Shown here one piece after another: positions 1 through 13,282 of a stretch of DNA of 38,927 nt; within the stretch, counting starts at the first letter, position 1, and each line of letters begins with the position of its first letter. This DNA is from Octopus bimaculoides (Eukaryota), in the NCBI RefSeq assembly GCF_001194135.2, contig NC_068992.1, positions 15,885,459 through 15,924,385 on the forward strand. Reading direction: 5' to 3'. The translations under genes were made by a program, and so were the position numbers. A model generated the notes under the pieces. That model was given only the letters and a program-made list of their open reading frames with translations. It did not search any database and was not told the origin of the DNA.

Positions 1-53
1 GTCTTCTGATGAGTGTAATGTAATTTTAGTTAGAAAACACGAAATGTTAAGAT
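1..53 (+). ncRNA. Minimal type I hammerhead ribozyme motif (Penelope/retrozyme-like)
   Basis: CTGATGA (6-12), stem II GTGT/ACAC (13-16/37-40), GAAA (41-44), then T-GTT. Stem I GTCTT (1-5) pairs with AAGAT (49-53, one G-U). Stem III has no loop (AATGTT, one substitution from palindromic AACGTT), as in minimal dimer-type hammerheads. The window edge truncates stem I. Confidence 0.6.
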
Positions 54-312
54 ATAAAGTTGTCCGAAAATTTATAAATCTTCTTTTCCATTTTCTCTAA
101 TTCAGCCTCGTGTTAAAAAAGGAGAACAAAATTAGAGTGGTTTGTAGACATTTGCCATCTACTTCTAGCGTATTAGTTTCGTCCCTCCATCGCCCTTGAT
201 TATAATTATATATTTATAGTTACATACTTAATTATTAATTTCACCGAAATGGTGGTTTTGATACGTTGGTCGCTGGTATGATCATTTTAATGATTATAAC
301 CTCTCTTTATAG

Positions 313-323
313 ACACACACACA

Positions 324-375
<52 letters not shown>
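313..375. repeat. (AC)n microsatellite
   Basis: Direct reading; one of many dinucleotide tracts in the window. Confidence 0.95.
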
Positions 376-376
<1 letters not shown>

Positions 377-479
377 ACACACATATACAAACTGTTATTA
401 ATCCAAACAAGTGGAGGAACAGAAGAAATGAAGTTGAAACCACCGAGAATACATTGGAATTCATTAAAATTTAATTATA

Positions 480-690
480 CTTTACAATAGAATACACTTG
501 ACCAGTTTTCAAAAGTGTATTGCATATGGCGTTGTGTCGCGAAGTATGTCTATTCTGGCCGTTGTTATTAAAATAATTTATCTTTAAAGTAGGAATGTGT
601 TTCAGAGCGCTATTCGTTAGTATACAAGTTGATTGTTCAATGTTGATGTGTTAAGTTCAAGTGGCAGCCGCGCGATAGCGTCATAAAAAT
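480..690 (+). mobile_element. Possible decayed Helitron 3' end (Pif1-helicase motif remnant plus GC-rich subterminal hairpin)
   Basis: One frame reads *PVFKSVLHMALCR, resembling Helitron/Pif1 PVFSHGQLYVALSR. It is followed by GGCAGCCGCGCGATAGCG (weak hairpin). No intact CTRR terminus. Confidence 0.3.
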
Positions 691-1555
691 GCTTTCCTCC
701 ATTGAATGTCATACCACAGTTAGAAAAGAGATATGAATAAGTGGTATAATAATTGTTTACATAAAAGTGTTATAAATAATTATTGTTTATTATTTTGTCG
801 AGTAATAATATTATTTATTAGTTTTAGTTAACGCCCATTGAACGTACTAAAACATATCCCTTCGTTGTTAATAAGATATGGAGTAGGCAACAAAATGAGG
901 TGTGGAACAAAATAAGATAGATGATAGTATAGGAAAATGCGAATCGTGTATCACTTATGTGATATGATTCTAATTAAGGGTGCTCTGTACAGCAGTGGCT
1001 TGTAATTCATAATAAATGGACTTTATTAATTCTTGTTTGGTCTGAGTATTGTCTGCACATTGATAGAGTGGGAAGACAAAAAATTTAGGAGATTTGGTTT
1101 GTGCGCATGTTTCAGATGTTCACAAAGTGGAATTTGTTTAAGTTTGGGATCGTGTATTTGGTGACGAAGAATATCTAATCTCATTCTTATGTATATATAT
1201 GCTGGGTTCTTTCTCTACTTCCAAGTGTGCATGTTCATGTGTATGTGAGTATGTAATAATGGTTTATTTGTAGAACTGAGCATAAAAGTTTGAGCATATG
1301 CCACCGTCCAAAATTAACTGTGTTTTTGTACGAGTGTGTATATATATATATATATNNNNNNNNNNNNNNNNNNNNNNNNNNNNNNNNNNNNNNNNNNNNN
1401 NNNNNNNNNNNNNNNNNNNNNNNNNNNNNNNNNNNNNNNNNNNNNNNNNNNNNNNNNNNNNNNNNNNNNNNNNNNNNNNNNNNNNNNNNNNNNNNNNNNN
1501 NNNNNNNNNNNNNNNNNNNNNNNNNNTATATATATACACTATGCTATAGTATACT

Positions 1556-1729
1556 GTCATTCCGTCGTTTACGACTATGAGGGTTCCAGTTGATCCTATC
1601 AACAGAACATTCACGTGAAATTAACATGCAAGTGACTGAGCAATTCACAGGTACATGTACCCTTAACGTAGCTCTCAAAGAGATTCAGCCTGACACAGTG
1701 TGACAATGCTGGCCCTTTGAAATACAAGA
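1556..1729 (-). mobile_element. SINE family B, 3' part only
   Basis: Colinear with the 3' half of the full copy at 13714-14106 (gagggttccagttgatcc...gacacagtgtgacaa...ccctttgaa). Confidence 0.85.
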
Positions 1730-1743
1730 AGTACTAAATATTA

Positions 1744-1777
<34 letters not shown>

Positions 1778-1993
1778 AGATGTACTTGCATAGCAAGCGA
1801 CCTGATTTGAGATCGTGTGCTGTGCTGGAACAAAAACAATTGCAGCGTGGAAGGTGTTTATAAGCCATTAAGAAACACACAAAAACCGTTAAATTCACTT
1901 TAACATTTAAATTTAATTTGTCAAAATATTTTCGTCGCTTTGAGACCGCGACCTGTTCACTAACAAAATTCCGTGCTGTATATACATTTCTAC

Positions 1994-2039
<46 letters not shown>

Positions 2040-4074
2040 ATGTTCCTTATTTACCAACCAGTCTTTTAGTATCCTAAAAATTGTTTCAAATACAGGGTCT
2101 GATTCTTTTGTTATATCCGACTATAAAACGTTGGTCTTAACAATACAATACAGTTATATTTGACAGTAAATTTTCTTCCAATTTTCACTGAAGTACAATG
2201 TTTTTACGTTAGAAGTGAAGATTAATTGGAATAATATAACAGTTAAAAACATTATCAGTATAAAAAATTCAACATCCATAAAAGGCTCAACACAACTAAA
2301 TGAAGGCTGACGATAATTTTATATTTATTTCCAATAAAATGCCTTGTAATAGTAAACAGAAGTAAAACCTCCAGTAAATGATTGATGTTCTTCGACAGAA
2401 AATTTCGTTTAAAACTTTTCATAAATTTGCTTTACTTTCTATACTGTGGTAATATGTAAATATTAACATTTCATTGAAAACTCTTTATCAGTTTTTAGTT
2501 AAAATGAATGTTTACTTGTCTCTTTCACGTCCTACTATTCTACGTTAATTTACGAGTTGTAAATTGCACAACACTGTTTTTTTTTTTAATTTTGAGTATA
2601 ATTTTTTTCAATTACAAGTGTGACAGATTTATAAAATTGCAAAACTCATCCGCCTCCCACAAAAAAGAAACCCCGCCTCCCAAAACAAAATTTTATGAAA
2701 AATAAACAATAGCTACAGCAATAACATAAAAAGTTAACAAAACGAAAAAAATTTGTCTGTTTAACTAAAATGCACTTTCAGCTAAAATCGGTGACTACGT
2801 TTATTGGGCGACATAAATCTGTAGAGGTCTATTCACTCTGAATTTAATATATCTGTCATTTACAAAAATTGAAATGTCCAAAATCCAATAACATAAATAT
2901 ATAACACTGCTCTAATTAATATCTGTCATTAGCAGATGATTGTGTGTATGTGTATGTTTATGTAAATGTGGATATATATACGGACTTATCTATATAGTAT
3001 ATTATATCAAACATACAATATATACATATACGCATATATATAAGTAAATATATACACTCAGACACACATATAAATAGATATATATGTATATGTATAAATA
3101 TATATACACATATGTATATTATACATACATGCACATATATATATATATTATATATTTCTTTTTTTTGCATACGTAAAAAAGTGTGCTAGTGTGGAGATTC
3201 TTACGCTAGTAGAAAAGGAATTTTTAACTCCTATTTCTGAATTCGGTATGTGGTGAATCAATTAGCTGACCCCTAATTATAATTATGTTTATAATTATAG
3301 AATATTTATATATATATANNNNNNNNNNNNNNNNNNNNNNNNNNNNNNNNNNNNNNNNNNNNNNNNNNNNNNNNNNNNNNNNNNNNNNNNNNNNNNNNNN
3401 NNNNNNNNNNNNNNNNNNNNNNNNNNNNNNNNNNNNNNNNNNNNNNNNNNNNNNNNNNNNNNNNNNNNNNNNNNNNNNNNNNNNNNNNNNNNNNNNNNNN
3501 NNNNNNNNNNNNNNNNNNNNNNNNNNNNNNNNNNNNNNNNNNNNNNNNNNNNNNNNNNNNNNNNNNNNNNNNNNNNNNNNNNNNNNNNNNNNNNNNNNNN
3601 NNNNNNNNNNNNNNNNNNNNNNNNNNNNNNNNNNNNNNNNNNNNNNNNNNNNNNNNNNNNNNNNNNNNNNNNNNNNNNNNNNNNNNNNNNNNNNNNNNNN
3701 NNNNNNNNNNNNNNNNNNNNNNNNNNNNNNNNNNNNNNNNNNNNNNNNNNNNNNNNNNNNNNNNNNNNNNNNNNNNNNNNNNNNNNNNNNNNNNNNNNNN
3801 NNNNNNNNNNNNNNNNNNNNNNNNNNNNNNNNNNNNNNNNNNNNNNNNNNNNNNNNNNNNNNNNNNNNNNNNNNNNNNNNNNNNNNNNNNNNNNNNNNNN
3901 NNNNNNNNNNNNNNNNNNNNNNNNNNNNNNNNNNNNNNNNNNNNNNNNNNNNNNNNNNNNNNNNNNNNNNNNNNNNNNNNNNNNNNNNNNNNNNNNNNNN
4001 NNNNNNNNNNNNNNNNNNNNNNNNNNNNNNNNNNNNNNNNNNNNNNNNNNNNNNNNNNNNNNNNNNNNNNNNNN

Positions 4075-4165
4075 ACATACATACATACATACATACATAC
4101 ATACATACATACATACATACATAAATACATACATAATACATACATACATACACAGATACACGCAC

Positions 4166-4221
<56 letters not shown>

Positions 4222-4225
4222 TTGG
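4075..4225. repeat. Compound (CATA)n/(TA)n/(TG)n microsatellite next to a gap
   Basis: Direct reading. Confidence 0.9.
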
Positions 4226-5114
4226 TATGTGTGGTTGTGTCTATGCGTTGTTATTTTACTTGTGTGTAAGTGCTAGTGCGTGTGTGTGTGTGTGTATGTG
4301 TGCGTGCGCGCGTGTGAGCGCGTGTTCAATTGTATGTACGCATGTGCAATATTGAAATAAATATCTGCTGCTCTATTACAAGGGGGGATAATAAATTGTT
4401 TGAAAAGCATGGCGTCATAATTCATGTAATGCAAGCTTCGAAATAATAAGTTACAGTAACTTGTTTCTTGTAACTGCTATTATCATGCATCTCAAGATAT
4501 TACCATAAGTTATTCATTATAGAAGGACATTAACAGTTGATATGGTTACTAGAATTACCATCTTTTCTTCTTTGGAGATATTATTTCAAAAAGAATTTAA
4601 TTTTTGATAATAACTTAGAATATTCTGAATATTAAATATATTTCCTAAATGAAATTTATTCGCCGCATTATAGAATATTGCGTAACAGTGGCTTGTTCTA
4701 TTGAGGTTAATCACAGTGCTTTGGATAACTGGCGCCATTTGTAAGAAATATTAAAAGAAAAGTTCCTTTAATTTTAATATTGCCTTACAAGGAAATCGAA
4801 TTTAAGAAAATATTTATTTTCTCAAACTAGAGAAAATTATATTTTAGATGCAAAAATATAGAAAAAAAGAACAAAACATTCAAACTTCAATAAATCTTAC
4901 GGAACTATATTTTCCATCTTCCTGTATTCGAAACAATCGTAATAAACAACTTATGCTAGAGTTACTGCAATAAACTCATAATTGTTTTCTTTTTAAATAA
5001 ATTCATCCATTTGAATTAAGTTTTATTTCTTTACGATATTAAAATCAATTTCTATTACTACGCACAAAACCGATCCATTTACCGATGCATATATATTATA
5101 TTTTATCATTTACA

Positions 5115-5480
5115 TTTTACTTGTTTTAGTGACTAGACGGCGGTCATTCTGGAGCACCGCCATAAAAAGTTTTAGTCGCACGCATCGAACCCTGTACATA
5201 TATTTTTCTAAATCTCTTACTTATACTATCTGTTTATATTTCGGATGTTCACGTAAACAAACCAACGGCGGTTTTGAAGTGGTGGTAGAGAACAAGTAAA
5301 AACACAAAGACATAAATAAAGGTCATAAGACATACACACACAACGGGCTTCCGCATAGTTTCCAAACTGACACGGAAGGTATTAGTCGATATAGAGAGTT
5401 ATAGATGACACTTCCCTATAGTACTGTACAGTGGGACTGAACTCAAAACCGCATGGTTGTGAATTGTACTTCTTAATCCT
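5115..5480 (-). mobile_element. SINE family A, old diverged copy
   Basis: ttttacttgttttagt...tggagcaccgcc...ttagtcg at the left end; cagtgggactgaac (reverse B box) and head remnants at the right. Colinear with 30326-30750. Confidence 0.7.
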
Positions 5481-5950
5481 TCAGACATGCGTGCGTAAAA
5501 CTCCTTAACAACAGTCGATTTCACAAAGTATTTCGAATAAATATCCACTATACGGCTCCGAATGAATTTTCTTTTTCGTTCAAAGGACATATTCCTCAAA
5601 TTATTAGAGAAAAATGCATCTCATTTGGCAATTTTTCCTTCAAGTTTGTGAAACACTTCCACGAGAATCTCCTGGACCAAATTTAGCTTTGTATATATTT
5701 AACAAATATTTTATTCCACATATGTAAAAATACCTATTGCAGGAGAAGAAAACCCGATTTATTTATGAGCAATAAACAAAAATATATCCTGAAAATTACT
5801 TTTTAATTCAATTTTACTTATGTTCTAAACAAATCTAATATTCCTATATTAATTTTGTGTTGAAGAATATCAAGGTATACAAATTCGCCACCTCTGTTGC
5901 CGCCGAAAGATATACAAGTGTTAATAGTTAATTTCAGTTCGACCACTTAC

Positions 5951-5993
5951 CTAGGAATGTTATTGCTCTCAGCATACGTAAGCTAATAGCCAT
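5951..5993 (-). other. Candidate first coding exon (MAISLRMLRAITFL, phase 1)
   Basis: ATG followed by 14 codons, basic then hydrophobic, ending at a consensus donor CTAG|GTAAGT. No convincing downstream exon identified. Confidence 0.25.
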
Positions 5994-6340
5994 CGTAACA
6001 AAATAAAATAAACGAATATAAAAGTGACGTTTATGTTCCATCCTTTATCATTTCAGTTTCTAATATCTAAATCAAATATTGCTTATCTTACGTAAACATA
6101 TATATAAACATAAACAAATAGAGACAAACATACACATTAGTGTATATAACAAGTAATGGCGAGACCAATATCATCTGATGCACAATAATGACTTCAAATC
6201 AGTATGATATTAACAAGAATTTAGAGAAGCTATTAAAAACAAAATTCCCATTGCAATCCTGACATGAGGTACATTTAAGACAAAAGACGATAAAGACGGT
6301 ATACATAAATACGATTATAATGCATACGGACTGCGTCTCG

Positions 6341-6555
6341 CTTACTTGTTTCAGTCATTGGATTGCGACCCTGTTGGAGCACCGTCTTTAGTCGAACGAA
6401 TCAATCCCAGGACTTATTCCTTGTAAGCCTAGCACTTATTTTATCGGTGTGTTTGGTCGAACCGCTAGGTTACGGGTATGTAAGCACACCAACGTCGGTG
6501 GTCAAGCGATGATGGGGGGGAGGGCATAAACATATATACATATACATATATATAN
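6341..6555 (-). mobile_element. SINE family A, 3' half running into internal microsatellite and gap
   Basis: cttacttgtttcagtcatt...ggagcaccgtctttagtcg...gtcaagcgatgatgggggg matches the reverse complement of 30540-30740. Confidence 0.85.
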
Positions 6556-6760
6556 NNNNNNNNNNNNNNNNNNNNNNNNNNNNNNNNNNNNNNNNNNNNN
6601 NNNNNNNNNNNNNNNNNNNNNNNNNNNNNNNNNNNNNNNNNNNNNNNNNNNNNNNNNNNNNNNNNNNNNNNNNNNNNNNNNNNNNNNNNNNNNNNNNNNN
6701 NNNNNNNNNNNNNNNNNNNNNNNNNNNNNNNNNNNNNNNNNNNNNNNNNNNNNNNNNNNN

Positions 6761-6802
<42 letters not shown>

Positions 6803-7044
6803 ATGGTGTAGATTGACCACACCAACACGTTAGAAATAAATGCCAAATGGCACTAAAACAACTTCAATATTCCATTAGAAAAATATATAATACATATATA
6901 TATATGTGTGTGTGTGTGTACGCTCGAGTGTCTGTCCATCTATCAATCTATTTGCGAAAATGCATATGTTGGCACATATATATTTATATAATTATATGAT
7001 ATTGCCTTTATAAACGTATATCTACATACACAGATGAAATATAT

Positions 7045-7200
7045 CTTGGTTTCAAATTTTGGCACATTGCTCAACAGGTACATATTGTAGCGATGAAAGG
7101 AAAAGTCAACCCTGGCGACGTTTGAACTCAGAACGTAAAGACGGACGAAATACCGCTACGCCTTTTGTCCGGCTTGCTGAAGTTATTGCCATTTCGCTAG
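7045..7200 (-). mobile_element. SINE family C, internally deleted copy
   Basis: gatgaaaggaaaagtcaacc...tttgaactcagaacgtaaagacggacgaaataccgct is the reverse complement of 38604-38720. Confidence 0.8.
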
Positions 7201-7257
7201 CTTACAAATCAAATATGTATATTAGTATATAAATCTATCTATAAAAGATTATGTATG

Positions 7258-7309
<52 letters not shown>

Positions 7310-7410
7310 NNNNNNNNNNNNNNNNNNNNNNNNNNNNNNNNNNNNNNNNNNNNNNNNNNNNNNNNNNNNNNNNNNNNNNNNNNNNNNNNNNNNNNNNNNN
7401 NNNNNNNNNN

Positions 7411-7454
<44 letters not shown>

Positions 7455-8256
7455 TCTACCACACACGCGCACACGCATATGGACAAACATAGACATTATT
7501 AAAGATCCACACATTTTAAATGTTGCCAAAATGGCATCATAAATGTTTATTAGTCTAAATTTCACTCAGTCCTCCTCGGAATTTCTATTTAACATTAGCA
7601 TCACTCCACTACTTATATATTTAGCAGCAATAACAGAAGTCTTTAAGAACATCAGTATACTTAGAATCAATCAAGACTTCATCCATAGAGAAATTTATGT
7701 ACACTGTTGTAGTTAATATTTTCATATTCTGGGAAAACCTCATTTAGGCAAAACCGTATGAAAAGAAACTTTTTCAATATAATGATAAATTCTAAACGGA
7801 TACTTAATGATTGCAATTTTGATAGATTTATGTGTTTTTAATGGCATAATGCTTCAGAGGACATTATATAATATTCAATCTATATGTACATATACATGTA
7901 TGTATGTATGTATGTATGTATATATATAACATATAAAGTGTCTTTTTCAAGATCGAGAACATAGTCACTTAAAGACAGTAAAGAAAGTTAACATGGTTAG
8001 TTTTAGTTATATTTATGTTTGCAGTTATGAAGGCGTATATTATTCTTTATCTGTTTTACTGGATTCGCAAGAAGCATTGCAGCGACAAATTCTCTTATTG
8101 TAGATGTGTATATGTAAGCAGGTGCGTGTGCTTCTATGCATGTATTGATGTATGGTTGGATGGAAGGATGGAAGAACGAATGTATGTGTATACGCCAAAT
8201 AATTAACATACGCGGTACATATGCATATATATGCGTATGTATTCATATATATATAT

Positions 8257-8316
<60 letters not shown>

Positions 8317-8435
8317 TTACATACATGCATATGAATAGCTATGCACACACACACGCATGCACACATGCACTCACTCACAAACACACAGTCACACACTCAT
8401 GTATACATATATTTACATACATGCATACGAACAGC

Positions 8436-8471
<36 letters not shown>

Positions 8472-8646
8472 TGCACACACACACACACNNNNNNNNNNAC
8501 ACACACGTGTGCACACACACACACACACACACACACATGTGCACACACACACACACACACTCACTCACACAAAAAAATTATATATATCATGCTTATATTT
8601 TGTAGTTATTCCGAAATTTTTGTCTTGCAGATCAATGTTTTGCAAC

Positions 8647-8681
<35 letters not shown>

Positions 8682-9749
8682 CACACGCGCGTTCACACGC
8701 GCACACACATACACACACATAGTTGCACATACACACACATAGTTGCACATACACACACAAACACATACATACAGACACACACACACAAACACTCAAACAT
8801 GCAAAATTACCTTTATGTATGTGTGCATACATGCATGTATGTGTGTAAACATTTTCGTTTGTGCGTTTGTGTGTGTGTATGTTTGTATAATGCGTTTTTT
8901 GTAGAATACGCAGATTTCAAAATGAAACTACGTTGTTTAAAAGAAGGCATCTTGGCTACTGTTCGAGATGTTGTGGAGGATAAATACTTGACATTGATAA
9001 ACCATTAAGGTTAAGAACATTACTTCCGAAATTAATTGAATCACCATGAAAACACTTGATGCAATCTTTCTCTTAGCAGACAATTTGAATATTTTCAATA
9101 ATTATTTCATCATCTGGAAACGATTTTAAACTTTCCAGATACGCTAAATTAAATTGGATTTTAGAAAATATTTACAAAGAATGTGCATGATTTTAAAATG
9201 ATGGAAAAGCGCCATATAAAATGCCTTGCGAGGTTTAACCTTCGTATTCCGATTTCAAATCTCACTAAGATTGATTTTTGTTTTCTATACATCGTATACG
9301 TCTGTAAGTTTTGACTCTTTCAAGTCTGTCTTATTCGAAAACAAATCGGCGTTAAACTTGACCAAATTTAAACCTCATTCTAAAAAATGTTATTGCGGTA
9401 TAATTCTGGGAAAACTTTGGCTCAGTGGGCCTATAATCAATGGCCTTCCAAACATGGCTGTCCAGTGATATAGGTTTATGTGATCTAGCGTTTCCTTTCC
9501 TTATTTTGAATGGTAATGTGTGAGTTGGCTTTCCAACTTATTCTACCCAATCTACAACAGACCTAGATTCCCAAGGCGTCTATGTTCTTTTACATTGCTT
9601 TATACATTGTCCATGTTTCTACCCTGTGAAAGTTAATTGACATTATATAACAACTTAGTAACCCCAGTTTTAGGCGCAGTATTATGCCTTTTGGAGTGAA
9701 GTTCATTTATATTTATTCTTACTTATGTATTCTTAGCTAGAAGCATTTT

Positions 9750-10110
9750 TTATACTTATGAAAGTCATTTTAGATAGAATCGTTTGAGTTCTGGATCTTT
9801 CGTAAAATGAGTAGAATAAGCTGGAAAGACGATAAAAAAACGCTGCAGTACTAGAAAAGTTGAAAACCCATAGATACCTGTTTTCGGGGACCTAGTTTAC
9901 ATGCTATCACATTTTGGATATCTAATGCACTACGAGTCATTACCTAAAACCATCCTGACAGGATTTATGGAGGGAAACAGAGCAAGGGGTTGTTAAACAC
10001 GTTTGTAGACTGAAAACATGAAAGACTGAACTTGAAAGAAGAACCAGGCTTATTGTATGAATGCAGTAAAACATTGACGGAATTGTAGAGTTTGGTTGGT
10101 AATGATGTGT
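9750..10110 (+). mobile_element. RTE-clade LINE, 5'-truncated ORF C-terminus (frameshifted)
   Basis: Frames give ESFEFWIFRKMSRISWKD / NAAVLEKL / FGYLMHYESLPKTILTGFMEGNRARG. This matches the RTE post-RT pattern EAFEMWCYRRMLRISW...NEEVL...FGHIMR...ILxGxxEGxRxRG. Confidence 0.75.
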
Positions 10111-10299
10111 GATTTGAGAGAGATTCAGCTATTATTTCTAATATGTTGAATGATTATTTAAATCTCAATCGATGTCTCGTTGTTCCAAAGATAGTGAGTA
10201 CTGGACAATTATTGAATATATTTGCTCAATTTCGCTTTCGTACTGCTGTCAGGTCATTGGAATGATATCACATTTGCTGTGAGACAAAGATAAATCACA

Positions 10300-10490
10300 C
10301 CTAATACCTTCCCTTTAGACTTAAAGGGCCACTCAGTTAAACCTAGATAGGTACTTTATTTATTGACCCTGTGAAAATGAAAAGCAAAACTGACTTCTGT
10401 AGGATACGAACTCAGATCGTAAAAGAGAAATTGGAATAAATATCACGAGGCGTTTCGTCCGATGCACAATCAACTTTGCAACTTCGTTAC
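10300..10490 (-). mobile_element. SINE family C, old diverged copy
   Basis: ggtactttatttattgaccc...atgaaaagcaaaactgactt...gaactcagatcgtaaa is colinear with the other C copies. Confidence 0.6.
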
Positions 10491-10534
10491 TTATGTACCA
10501 ATAATATGCTCAGTTTCATAAAGTAAGGACCACA

Positions 10535-10598
10535 GTATATCATTTATGCTTGTATATCATTTATGCTTGTATATCATTTATGCTTGTATATCATTTAT
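10535..10598. repeat. 17-bp minisatellite (GTATATCATTTATGCTT) x3.8
   Basis: Three exact units plus a partial fourth, read directly. Confidence 0.9.
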
Positions 10599-11144
10599 AT
10601 CAGTTATGTCCATTTATGGTTTGAATCCAAATTCTGCACAGTCCTGCTTTGCTTCAAATATCGTTCTAAAATGATACGTACCTAAGTGAAAAGTGTATTG
10701 ACTGTTTTTGTTCTTGCGTAATGCTTTGTGATAGAACAGGTCTATAATAAAAAAATATTCCAACAATGATCTCCCCTTTTAATTTTCAAATACAGTATTG
10801 CTTCGGTATACGGGTTAATTTGTTTCCTGAGACCTCTCGTAAAGCAGAGCAATAATTTCCCATAGTAGCAATGAAATTTTATGCCGTCATTTTAATAAGT
10901 TGCTGTGTAGACCGGTCAGAACCAGTGTTGCCACGAACACAAAGTGGCTATTTAACTGTTTATATTTATTATGAAATAAAACTCGTAAAGCGGGTCCTCT
11001 TAAAGTGAGGTATATGTAGGATTACATTATATTATATGCTTCTACTTTCGTGAAGAAGAGTGTAATTTAAGGAAAGAGTTGATTTGCCTCCTTGCAAATC
11101 AAGCGACTATATATGGAACCTCTTGGCTACGTCTCTGTAATTCG

Positions 11145-11146
<2 letters not shown>

Positions 11147-11217
<71 letters not shown>
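11147..11217. repeat. (GA)n microsatellite flanking a gap
   Basis: Direct reading. Confidence 0.95.
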
Positions 11218-12132
11218 NNNNNNNNNNNNNNNNNNNNNNNNNNNNNNNNNNNNNNNNNNNNNNNNNNNNNNNNNNNNNNNNNNNNNNNNNNNNNNNNNNN
11301 NNNNNNNNNNNNNNNNNNNNNNNNNNNNNNNNNNNNNNNNNNNNNNNNNNNNNNNNNNNNNNNNNNNNNNNNNNNNNNNNNNNNNNNNNNNNNNNNNNNN
11401 NNNNNNNNNNNNNNNNNNNNNNNNNNNNNNNNNNNNNNNNNNNNNNNNNNNNNNNNNNNNNNNNNNNNNNNNNNNNNNNNNNNNNNNNNNNNNNNNNNNN
11501 NNNNNNNNNNNNNNNNNNNNNNNNNNNNNNNNNNNNNNNNNNNNNNNNNNNNNNNNNNNNNNNNNNNNNNNNNNNNNNNNNNNNNNNNNNNNNNNNNNNN
11601 NNNNNNNNNNNNNNNNNNNNNNNNNNNNNNNNNNNNNNNNNNNNNNNNNNNNNNNNNNNNNNNNNNNNNNNNNNNNNNNNNNNNNNNNNNNNNNNNNNNN
11701 NNNNNNNNNNNNNNNNNNNNNNNNNNNNNNNNNNNNNNNNNNNNNNNNNNNNNNNNNNNNNNNNNNNNNNNNNNNNNNNNNNNNNNNNNNNNNNNNNNNN
11801 NNNNNNNNNNNNNNNNNNNNNNNNNNNNNNNNNNNNNTATATATATATATATATATATTGTAGTGTAGTAATTTGTATTGTGTTCTCTAAAGATTCCGAT
11901 ATGTAAAAGCATTAGTGATTTGCATTTATAATCTAGGAATCAAATCCTGATTGTTGCTTATGCATAGTCTTTGAACTGCTTAAGTTCATAACACAACAGA
12001 TGTATTTTGTGTGCATTATTCCAATAGAGATAACTACCGAACGTAATAGGATAAACTGTTTTTAGTCTATAAAGTAGTAACAAAAGTTTTTTTCTTTTAA
12101 GTTTAGTGTATTTATCTATTTTCCGCTTCATC

Positions 12133-12163
<31 letters not shown>

Positions 12164-12299
12164 GTTTTATATATTTATTGTTATGTCTTTGAAACTGAAA
12201 GTCTGTCCCAGGAGGATCTTAATGTCAAGCGACGTAACAAAATAGAGCAATACATTTTCTTCACCAGTGTATTTTTCCTGCCATCTAGTCACCCCTTGA

Positions 12300-12469
<170 letters not shown>

Positions 12470-12470
12470 G

Positions 12471-12546
12471 AAATGCAGACTCTGTGGAAAGTGTGGAAAA
12501 CGCGACCCACTTGGCAAGTGGATGTGAGAGCCTTGCAGAAAAGTAG
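12471..12546 (+). mobile_element. RLE-type non-LTR retrotransposon fragment (R4/Dong-like CCHC zinc knuckle)
   Basis: KCRLCGK, one frameshift, then VENATHLASGCESLAEK*. Restoring 2 nt gives C-x2-C-x8-H-x4-C, like CRLCGxxxETxxHxxSGCxxLAxxEY of R4/Dong/NeSL elements. Confidence 0.55.
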
Positions 12547-12671
12547 GGTACCATTGAAATGTGAATACACACAGAATAACAGAAGTTTCGCGTAAATAGG
12601 ATCACGGATTCCCGAGATACGCGATTTTTTCGGGTACCTTGGACTATTGGTGACCCAACAGGGGCTGCATA

Positions 12672-12798
12672 TGAGACCCAATAGAATAAGTACACGCATT
12701 AGAAAAAAATACGTTCTGGGGTCGATTCGTGTGAGTAAAATTCTTGAAAGTGGTGCACCAGCATGGCTGCAGTCTGACGACTAAAACAAGTAAGAGAT
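12672..12798 (+). mobile_element. SINE family A, 3' end fragment
   Basis: aatagaataagtac...ctggggtcgatt...ggtgcaccagcatggctgcagtc...aaacaagtaagagataa. Confidence 0.7.
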
Positions 12799-13224
12799 AA
12801 TTCTGATATGTCCTGCGAAATACGCGTGTGTTTGTCTAGAACACCGATATGCATACGTACACACGACCACGCGGTGTGAGTGAATGTGTGTGTGCGCGCA
12901 CATACGCATTCATCTGTTCGTTAACAGTTTGACACCGTTCCACATTACAAAGAGTTGTCTTCGAAAACCTGCCGATGCGAACTGAAATTTTACTCCCGTG
13001 GAGAGGAAACCAGGTGATCTTAAATACATTTATCTCCAATTAAATGTGTTGAATTTATTCTCCTTCGTTTCTTAACTCACACGTATCTCCTTCTCCCTCT
13101 CTCTCTCTCGTTATCTATCGTTCGCTCGCTCGATCGGTTTATGTACGTATGCATGTATGTATAAATGTATGTATGTATGCATGTATGTATGTACGTTTGT
13201 ATGCATGTATATGTATATAGCCAT

Positions 13225-13282
<58 letters not shown>

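Noticed and set aside
4376-4400. TA-CAAGGGGGGATAATAAATTG resembling a mariner TIR start
   Set aside because: I found no matching opposite TIR or transposase remnant nearby.
8890-9470. Coding-looking stretch (EYADFKMKLRCLKEGILATVRDVVEDKYLTLINH; ORF 9226-9468)
   Set aside because: No recognisable motif, stops in all frames and no coherent splice pair; left unassigned.
10535-10598. 17-bp and 14-bp (25137) tandem repeats considered as CRISPR-like arrays
   Set aside because: The units are contiguous with no spacers, and the context is eukaryotic with no cas genes.
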